Assembly (NCBI GenBank): GCA_036785375.1
Contig: JAWMAR010000152.1
Span: forward strand, 2,170,001-2,234,000
DNA: 64,000 nt
Source: Leucoraja ocellata
Lineage: Eukaryota
Reading direction: 5' to 3'
A model generated the notes under the pieces. The model worked only from the letters and a program-made list of their open reading frames with translations, ran no database searches and was not told where the DNA came from. Below, piece by piece: positions 10,880-64,000 of the stretch; within the stretch, counting starts at the first letter, position 1, and every line of letters begins with the position of its first letter. The position numbers and the translations under genes were made by a program.

Positions 10880-13342
10880 CATCCTTGCCTCTTCCCCCTC
10901 TCTGATCATAAGCTTAGACGGTTCACCATCCCTTCTCCGACACCTCGCCCCCGCTTCCTCGAGAAATCACCTTCCATAATCTAAAATCCATTGATCCCCA
11001 CCATCTCTCTGACCTGCTCTCCGCCACTCTCCCCTGGACTCAACCCCCATCTCACTTGATGATCTCACAAACCATCTGAACTCCACCTTGTCTACCTCCC
11101 TCAACACTCTGGCCCCCCTCAAAACAAGAACCGTAACTTTCAACACATCTTCACCCTGGTACACACCTGCACTTCGTAAACTGAAACAGACTGGTCGCCG
11201 ACTTGAACGACTCCCAAATAAATCATCTCTCACAGTCCCACCTTGAAGCTTACAAACTCCACCTCACTGACTACAAAGATGCCCTCATTGCTGCAAAAAT
11301 CTGCCTACCTCTCCTCCATATTCACCGATCCCTGCCTAAACCACAGAACCCTCTTCTCCACAGTGGGCAACCTCCTCGAGCCTCGAGCCAACACTCTCCC
11401 TACCTCTACTCCGGATCTCTGCAACTCATTCCTCCACTTTTTCGCTGATAAAATCAGCGCCATCTATCAATCTTTATCCCCTGTACCCGACTCCCCAGCA
11501 TCTACTCCACCACCTACCAAGGCCCCTCCTTTCAAACATCTCCACTGACCTCCTTACCCCTCCTCCTCACTGTTTCCTCTCCCAGTTTGACCTGGTCACC
11601 CCTATTGAAATCTCCAAACTCATCTGCTCTTCTAAACCCACTACCTGCTCCATCGACCCTCTCCCCACTCCCCTGTTGAAGTCCTGCCTCCCCGTTCTCT
11701 GCCCCTACCTCACTAATCTCTTCAACTCCTCATTGTCCCAAGGAATTGTCCCCTCCGCTTTCAAAACTGCTGCTGTTACACCAATCTTAAAGAAACTGGT
11801 CTTGATCCCTCCTCTCTCATTAACTACCGCCCAATCTCAAACCTCCCCTTTCTTTCAGAAACCCTGGAGCGTATAGTTGCGTCGCAACTTCATTCCCACC
11901 TCCTTGCGTATAACCTACTTGAACCCCTCCAATCTGGCTTTCGTCCCCTCCATAGCACAGGAAACTGCTCTCAAAGTCCTCAACGACCTCCTCACCTCTG
12001 CTGACACTGGTTCCCTCAACATCCTCATCCTCCTCGACCCGAGCGCAGCCTTCGATACAGTGAACCATAACATCCTGCTCACCAGACTCAAAGACCTCGG
12101 CATTGAAGGCTCTGCACTCCGCTGGCTCCGTTCCTACCTTTCCAACAGATCCCACTTCATCTCTCTCCACAACCACACCTCTGCTACAGCCACAGTCACT
12201 CAAGGCGTTTCCCAACGCTCCGTACTTGGCCCCCTCCTCTTCATCATCTACATCCTCCCCTTGGTCAGATACTCCACCACTTCAACCTGGACTTCCACTG
12301 TTACGCTGATGACACCCAGATCTACCTTGGCACCAAATCCTCCCCACAACCCCCCCCCCCCCCCCCTCCCATATCAACTCCTGTTTGTCAGCTATAAAAA
12401 CCTGGATGCAACATAATTTCCTCAAACTCAACAGCGATAAGACAGATTTCCTCCTCATAGGCTCCAAATCCACACTCAGCAAAATCAATAACCCACTCTC
12501 ACCATCGACGGCACCAATGTCTCCCCATCTCCCAGGCCCGCAACCTTGGCGTGATCTTTGATTCCACCCTCTCCCTTGAGCCTCACATCCGCCATGTCAT
12601 TAAAACCTCCTTCTTTCATCTCCGCAACATCGCCAAGCTCAGACCCTCTCTCACACCTCCCGCTGCTGAAAGACTCATCCATGCCTTCATCTCCTCCCGA
12701 CTGGACTACTGCAACTCACTTCTCCTTGGCATCAGCTCCACCTACATCAACCGACTCCAACTGGTCCAGAATGCAGCCGCCCGACTCATCACCCACACCA
12801 AATCCTGGCATCACATCACTCCAGTCCTCAAATAACTTCACTGGCTTCCCATCTCCCACCGATCACCTACAAAATCCTGATCCTCACCTACAAAGCCCTC
12901 CACCATCTGGCCCCCCCCATATCTCACTGACCTCCTCTCCCCCCTCAGATCCACATCAGCCGGTCTCCTCTCCATCCACAAGTCCAACCTCCGCAGTTTA
13001 GGGGACAGAGCCTTCTCCAGGGCAGCTCCCAGGCTCTGGAACTCCCTCCCCCAACTGATCCGCAATTCCGTGTCCCTCACCATCTTCCAGTCCCGCCTCA
13101 AGACCCATCTCTTCACCTCTGCCTATCCTTAGCCCCACGTCCCCCTCCCTTTTCATCTGTGCATTAATTGCCTTATTGTGTTTTGTATTGAATTCTGTCT
13201 TTACTTTGTGTACTAGTCATGTCTCTACTATTTATTTCATTCCCCTTACATGTTTTTCCTCTACCTGCAAAATTTTTATAAGGTGTCCTTGAGACTCTTG
13301 AAAGGCGCCCCATAAGTAAAATTTATTATTATTATTATTATT
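10880..13342 (+). mobile_element. 5'-truncated, frameshifted L2-clade LINE
   Basis: Endonuclease SDH motif (TCTGATCAT 10901-10909), LLD.SAAFDTVNH, YADD at 12302-12313, FFHLRNIAKLRP...HAFISSRLDYCNSLL. Ends with ccttgag..ttgaaaggcgc stem-loop and (ATT)n tail. Confidence 0.92.
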
Positions 13343-15087
13343 CCAGATTTTGTGTGTGTGCTTCCTCATGCAAGGTGCATGGATTGGTGCCTAAAGTGCC
13401 ATATGATGCAAATGTATATTTTATGGATCTAGCACTTTTGTTTCTAAATGTTTCTCTCCTCTTTCTAAAGTTATTTTTAAAGGCAAAAACATTTCCATTA
13501 AATGGAATGAGACCAAAGTATATACTCTTTGCATCGAGTAATTTGCAACCTGAAAAGCGAGAGAGGGAATGAGTCAGCCTTCAAATTACGTAGAGTTTTC
13601 ATAACCATTCAGCTCCTTCATTTAAAGTCACTTGTTGCATTTGGAGCTGCGGCACATTGCACAAGGACTCCAAAAGTATCCATTGTGCGACAGCAGCAAG
13701 GAGACAAGTCAACATGTCAAACCCTCATAGTAACTCTGTAAGTTCTGAATATTTTATCTAAATGTTTTCAATTCGAGGAGTGCCACCTTTCACAGTTGTG
13801 CATTCTCTGTATTAGATATATATTCAGTTCAGATCTGAACTTTTATCTTTTGTCCATAATTTGGTTAAAAGATGTAACATTATCATCCAGAATGATTCAT
13901 TTTAAAATTGACTTTACAAATGCTACTTTACAAACTAATTTCCACTCCTTCAAATGTGTTTGTTGTGTAGTTATTACTAAAATTATAATAGCCACAGCCT
14001 CCAATAATATCAGTGTTAAACAGTTTCCATCGTCTTTGTGATTTTAATTTAACACTGATCCCTGAATTCTAATTTTATATTTTTACGAAAACCCACTGAT
14101 TTGAATTATATTCTGATTGACTTTGCTATTGACCCAGCTTAATTGAAAGCCTGATCTTTTTTAAATTCATTGGAGATTAAATGTTAACGGATTGGATCTG
14201 GAACAGAGTTAAGGTCTGTACTAAACCTGTTAACAGAGCAAGTCTTAAGTCATCGTGCTGAATTGACCCATTCTAGCAAGTTAGTAATTGGATTCAAATT
14301 TTGCCAAGTGCAAGTGTATTTGGTTGGAACCTTGGTTGAAATTGATAGTTTTTCATATTTTGCATTTAGTAGCTAATTAATAGCTTGGAATCTGCATTTA
14401 TTGTGTACTTGTAAAAAGCCATTCAGTGCCAACTACAGGGAATGCTCGTAGTGTGATGTAAATGTATCTATTTTAATCCATCTTTGATCAGTTAATGTTT
14501 ACTTGAGGATGAATCCATCTGGTACGTGTAATTTCCAAAGTGAAAACCTGTTTTTCACTTATCCAGGGTAGCAACAGTGTTATGGTGTGAAGATAAAGCA
14601 CCTACATTAGTATTTTATATGTAGCTTTCCACTGTCGTTATCATTCATGTACAAACTTGGGTAGTTTGTATTGATTCTTTCAACAGTGGAGTGTTTCAAA
14701 TTCAAATGCAGAACATCTTTGCTTAAGATCCCCGCTTAAACTTGCTCTCAACGGGCTGGGTATTAAAGTAGTCTGCATGAAAGGATATTTTTAATTGAAA
14801 GAAATGTCATTTATTTTTCTCTCCCCCCCCCCCCCCCCCCTTGCTCAGATCAAATTTGCATTTCTACATTTTTCTTCTATCCTCTTACCTTACCCACCAC
14901 AATACACTGAAGTGAATCGGGAATATACTTTCTCGGTCCCCAGATTTATATCTCATTTGAAAAGTGGGTTCTGCTCTCTAACTGCATTGGAGCAGGGCTT
15001 GAACTTTTGAGCACAGGCTAAACAAAACCAGACAAATGCAAGCATAAAACCTTGATTTATAATCATTTGTTGATCAGCTGGGGTGCA

Positions 15088-15289
15088 GTCTTGACCTCCC
15101 ATCTACCTCACAGGAGACCTTTGAACAATCTTTAATAGGGCTTCAATGTTATATCTTGCACTAAATGTTGTATCCTTTATCTGTACACTGTGGACGGCGT
15201 GATTGTATTTATGTATTGTCCTTGACTGGATAGCATGCAAACAAAAGCTTTTCACTGTACACCTGACAATAATAAACCTAAAACTAAAT
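15088..15289 (+). mobile_element. LINE 3' UTR fragment (Rex1-like)
   Basis: ctggatagcatgcaaacaaaagcttttcactgtac...acaataataaac is the reverse complement of the tail of the RT-bearing element at about 20372-20445. Confidence 0.65.
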
Positions 15290-17388
15290 TAATGGAGTTG
15301 TTCAGATTTGTTTTTAATATGATTCATAAATGGCATGAATAACTGTTCCAATTGGTTTACCAATCAAATTCAAGTTGCAAATAGTTAACTGTCACTGACC
15401 AGCGTATGTCCAATAATGAGTTATTTTTCCCCCAAAACGAAATTTATTCAGATTAAAAAAATATATACAAAACAAGAACTCTTCATATATTCTCAGTGTC
15501 TCTACATTCAATAGTTAATTATATTTGCACCTATCTTTTAAACAAAACACCCTGCCACTCACATGGCCTCCCTTCCCTTGTTACTGAGAGTTGCTCCATG
15601 AACAATTGTACACATCAGCTGAATGAATTTGTGGTTCCCCTGAAATGGTACAACATAATGATTGTAACCATACATCACTTGGACAACACCAAACATGTTT
15701 TGTGATTTATATCCAGCTTTCCTTCCTTGTTAGTGGATGAACAATCAAGACACTTTGACATTCCCCCCCCCCCCTCTCCCTCACTTGGGTTATAGCCATC
15801 TGTCTTTGCATCAGCATACGTTGCATAAACTGCCTTCCTTAAACCACTGATGGATTCACAGACCCATGAAAATTTATGTCTGTGATTTTGCCTGTGGGGG
15901 AGGAAGCTGATATTAGCAATGTAAATGAGGAGAGATCGATCACAAATTTGGGCTCCCGTGACCTGGTCTGCAGGAGCGTGAAATATAAAAGTACCTTCAA
16001 TTTACTTCAGTTCAAGAGTTGGCATCGAGTAATTCTCAGGTGACTGAAACCAGTTATTCCAAGGTTTTTTTTTTTGTCTGATACCTAAAATCCAGTTCCC
16101 ATGCTGCTAGTATAGATTAAAAAAATGCTTTTGCTTGCGGTGTTTCATGCCTTCCCCCCCCCCCCCCCCCCCTTTATAACATTTAATTTGATTGTGATGT
16201 TCATAATGTCATTCTGATATTTTTTTTAGTAAAATGTAAGCTCAGTGTGTTGATTGTATGTATTTATGTGGCTCATTAGTTAGACTCCTTACCCCTCATC
16301 CTCCAGATAGAAAACTTTATGCACTCCACATTTTTGAAAGTGAGAGCATCTATTTGTCTTATAGGTAAAAAGATCAAAAAGCTGAGAAACGAAAGCTAGA
16401 GAAAGTAGTAGCTCCAATTTGTCAAACTGGGTGTAGAAATAAATAAATGGGAAATGGAGATTCATTTGATAGCGAAAATAAATTTAAGTATATGATGTTT
16501 AAAATAAAAGTGCAACAATTTGACATCTCTCAGATTGAGACTGCATTTTAGTTTCATCTGTTCAGTGGCTTAACAGGAATACGTCCTATTTTATACAACA
16601 AGGTTTGAACTGCTAAGTACTACCCTGAACTTTCTACATGGAGTTTAATTTGCAATTAGTGTACAAATGCAACAATTTTGTGAATATCACGGGGAGATTA
16701 TGGTAAGCTGTTTTCATATGGCAAACACTTAGTGATGCAAATCATCTAACAATTTGTGATCATTCATGGCAAATCTCTTGCAAATTACTAAATGATTTAA
16801 ATGATAATGGTGTATTAAACTTTGCACCATTTAGCTTGTATTATTTTCCCTGCACAAAAGATCTAATTCACAGAGTTTTCATTTTTCTGAACCACATAGA
16901 AGGGGGACATTTGGCCCATTGAGTTGACGCCAGCGCTCGGTGCAATCCCATTTGTATGGGTAATTTGCAGCAGCCAGTTAAATTACAAACCAATACATCT
17001 CTCTAGCTACCCTTAAGTTAACTCAAGGTGAGAAGATAAATTGTCCTCTCATTTGACGTCAGAATCATTTGTTTGAGGAATAAAGATTTTCTGCTACACT
17101 ATTTTACCTGAGATGCAAAAGTTATTCCTGGAGGAAAGGAGATTAAGAGGATATTTGATGATGGTGCATGTGATCGTGCAAGCTGCAGGCTGGAGAAAAG
17201 CTATCTGCATTGACAGGTGGTTCGAGGATGGGGGCACAGAATCAAAGTGATGGGTAAACGTGGAGAATGTGAGGGAAATGTTTTGTACACATGTTTGTGG
17301 TCTGAACTTCTGCCCGTAAGGATGGTGGAAACAGCCAATCAAACAAAACTCGGTTACCACTTGGAACATGATTTGATAGGAGTCAAAA

Positions 17389-17540
17389 TGTAGAAACAAG
17401 AACTGCAGATACTGGCTTGCACGAAAGGACACAAAGTGCAGGAGAGTATGAGGAAAGGTCTCCACCCGAAACATCACCTATCCATGTTCTCCACAGATGC
17501 TGCTTGACCCGCTGAGTTATTCCAGCACTTTGTGTCCTTT
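17389..17540. mobile_element. Tail-to-tail inverted PLE-derived repeat
   Basis: aaaggacacaaagtgc at about 17426 is inverted relative to gcactttgtgtccttt at 17525-17540; degenerate core tatgaggaaaggtctccacccgaaacatcacc. Confidence 0.75.
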
Positions 17541-17740
17541 CATGATTTGAGAGGAAATGGGACTGAATAAGATGATCTATGATTGGGAACAGAACGATGG
17601 AATCCTGTGCTGTAACAATTGTTATTAATTTAACACAACCAAATGAGAAGATGAGCCTTCTCTCAATTGTGAATGAAATTGAATCATTGTGACATCTGCT
17701 TAAAAAAAACAGCTCACACTAGCTTATAATGTGGAAACCT

Positions 17741-17897
17741 GGAACTACAGATATTGGTTTATCAAGGAAATACACAAAATGCTGGATCCTGGAGGACATG
17801 GATCATGGATAGGTAACATTTGGGTCTTTTAGCTTAGTTTTAAACTAAAGGATCAGGACCCTTCTTCAGATGTTTTGGGTCGAGACCCTTCTTCAGA
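17741..17897 (-). mobile_element. Rearranged PLE-derived repeat with two partial hammerhead cores
   Basis: gacccttcttcaga occurs twice (about 17857 and 17885). Confidence 0.7.
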
Positions 17898-18689
17898 GGG
17901 TTTGAATAAGCTCATCACGAGTTTGATGAAAATTACAGAGAAGTTGAGAATAGCAACTCTTGACATCAAGGCAGCAGGAAGCCCAGCAAAGATGAAGTGA
18001 TTATGGGTTAATGGTAAAACCTTTTGTGGCTGCAGTTATTTTGATCTAAGCAGGTGACAGTGGTTGATGGAGACCAGTGCTCCCAGGACATATGTATAGG
18101 AGTTTGTCAAGGAAATATCCTTGGCATCCAACATCAGTTGTTTGATCCGAAGACTGTCTTTACATCCTACTCGAGAGTGGGGCTGCTCACTGACTTTGTG
18201 TTCTAATTCAAAGTGAAATAGCCTGTGCCAACCCACATCAAGACTCCAGGCTTAGGTTGACAAGCAGTGGATAGGCATTACACTGCACAGATGCCAAATA
18301 ATGAGACAAGGGCACGCAACGTCTTCCCTCAACATTCAAGGCACATTGTCCACAACCTGAAAACATACCCTTTGCCTGTATTTCAATTGGTGTATCTTTT
18401 AGCACATTAAACCACATTGCAGCAATGTTGGTGAAGTTGAAACAGTAACATGATATTTTGTTGAAATCTTAACTAGTTGTCAGAATGTGGTTCACTTGAA
18501 AAGGGGATGCTTCTTCATTCTTCTCTGCAATAGAGTCATGGCGTGTTGACATATTCTTTGACGTGTGTTTCGAGGCCACTCTCTGAACCATTATAAAAAG
18601 GACATTCAAAATATACCCTTGATCTGAGTTCATTAAACATTTTCAAAGGTGCCATTTAGATTACTTATTTTTCCAAATTTAAATAATAA

Positions 18690-18880
18690 AAATAAACTGC
18701 TGGAAAGACTCGCAGTCAGCAGAAAGAGAAGCAGAGTTGGCATTTATGATCAGACCCTTATTCAGACTCTTCATCTGAAAAATGCTCTGCCCGTTTCCAA
18801 AGATGCTGCCGGACCCGCTGAATATTTTCAGCGTTTTCTGTTTTTATTTCAGACTTTCCTATATCTGCAAATTTTTTTTT
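18690..18880. mobile_element. Old inverted PLE-derived repeat
   Basis: aaactgctggaaagactc ... agatgctgccggacccgctgaatattttcagcgttttctg; core decayed. Confidence 0.55.
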
Positions 18881-20127
18881 AGATTTTTGGAAAAATTAGT
18901 CACTTTCTGGTTGTGCTGCAACTGCTCAAACTATTAATTTACTTAAGATTGACTAATTTTGGATGTGTTACTGAATGTTTTCATGTTTGATCAAGTTTCC
19001 ATATAGATAATCTGCCAGTCATATGCACCAACTCGATTGAATAATGAAATGATTAAGCATTAAATAACTGTGGAAGATCATTTAATTTTATATGCTGATT
19101 AATGTTGCCTTTGGGGGGAGATCATTAAATGAGAGTTGCGTATTATAGATATAATTTACTGCTTTTTCTTGACTGGGGTTGACATGTAACCTTGGTATAC
19201 TTTTTTTAAAATAGTGCATGTCAGCGGACACACAATTACCTGAATATTACAGGTTGAAATTACTGAAATTGTGTGTAAATAAAAGCAACTTGCTCACTTG
19301 AATCATTCTATAATGCCGGTGAAAAAGAACATATGTGCCATTGGATTTCCAGATTGAAGAGACACATACCTGATCTAAATCTAGAATTCCAGTATGTTCT
19401 CTTTCACCTGCATCGTAGAATGATTCAAGTGAGTGAGTTGCTTTTATTAACAAGAATTTCAGTAGTCTCAAGCTGTAGTATTCTGTAAATTAGCATAAAT
19501 TTTCCCGTATGTGTTTTAAGTATAATCAATGTGGATTTAACTTGCATGAATGTCTGATAAGCATGTTTTTTTAAGTGACGTACAAGTCGGCCTTTCATTG
19601 GGATTCGGTACAACACGCCCAATCTGAGATCATGGACTTTTGGGTTATCTGTACAGCTTGATTTTCAACTTATTATAAAAAAAAATTTAAAAAAATTGTA
19701 ATGAGGCTTTGAATTGAATCCGTACGAAGGATGCTAATACCACTCACAGCCCAAGCCCCCCCCCCGGAGACATTGTATTCACCATTTCCATAAACGGATG
19801 AATCTCTTTTGAGGAAATTATTTTCGTCCTTCCTCTGACAATGGGTTAACATTGCCATCATTCAGTAATATAACATGAATCATAGTAAATCCGTTAATGT
19901 CTTTCCCCAAATATTCTCCTTGTGACAGCTCAGCCACATAGCAATTCAGTGCAACAACCAGGAGTTCAACCACGACTTTCTACTTCTTTACCATTTTTGG
20001 GATGGCTGATGATTTTGTAGTTTACTAAGAGTCTCTTAAACATTACATTTGAAAGATTCTTTCCATGTCAGGAATGGTTTTTAAAGCCTTTTTTTTTATT
20101 TTTACTTTCTAGCACAGCACTTTGACA

Positions 20128-63816
<43,689 letters not shown>

Positions 63817-63929
63817 AGAGGGCCACATGGACTACACTTTTCTACTCCCCTTGCACTGACTTCATCTAAAGAAGGAGGTGTTCTTACCAGGGTTGGACAA
63901 GATCATTGTTTTCAGGGATTAATCTACAG

Positions 63930-63962
63930 AATAAACGAGGGTTAAATTCGGCTCCAAATAAA
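63930..63962 (+). promoter_or_regulatory. Two candidate polyadenylation hexamers in the proximal 3' UTR
   Basis: AATAAA at 63930-63935 and 63957-63962, followed by a U/GU-rich tract from about 63981. Whether they are used cannot be told from sequence. Confidence 0.3.
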
Positions 63963-64000
63963 ACTAAGTGTACTCCATCTGGATTTTTTTGTTGCATCTT

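Overview
Vertebrate genomic DNA, most likely a cartilaginous fish such as a skate or ray (inferred from HE1-type V-SINEs, HER1/CR1 tails and Deu-domain SINE relics). It carries one protein-coding gene on the + strand: IKZF4 (Eos), an Ikaros-family zinc-finger factor. I reconstructed seven coding exons (20128-20167, 29561-29665, 43382-43642, 45627-45794, 55840-55989, 61508-61639, 63092-63816; 1581 nt, 526 aa), all with GT-AG junctions and phase-1 introns. The non-coding first exon and promoter are not evident and probably lie upstream of the window. The introns are dense with transposon fragments (Rex1/Babar, L2 and CR1 LINEs, V-SINEs, a TIR-bounded DNA element, a Helentron-like tail) and there is one 200-N gap. 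The most striking unannotated signal is a family of about 20 short Penelope-like-element (PLE) derived repeats; the better-preserved copies carry a minimal hammerhead-ribozyme core (CUGAnGA-stem II-GAAAC-GUH). Many have target-site duplications, some are tail-to-tail inverted, and two are still attached to GIY-YIG endonuclease coding sequence. Other points of interest are loss of the mammalian CtBP-binding PEDLA motif, a NAGNAG acceptor, and inverted repeats bracketing in-frame-skippable zinc-finger exons. Repeat family names come from my recognition of motifs, not from database searches.
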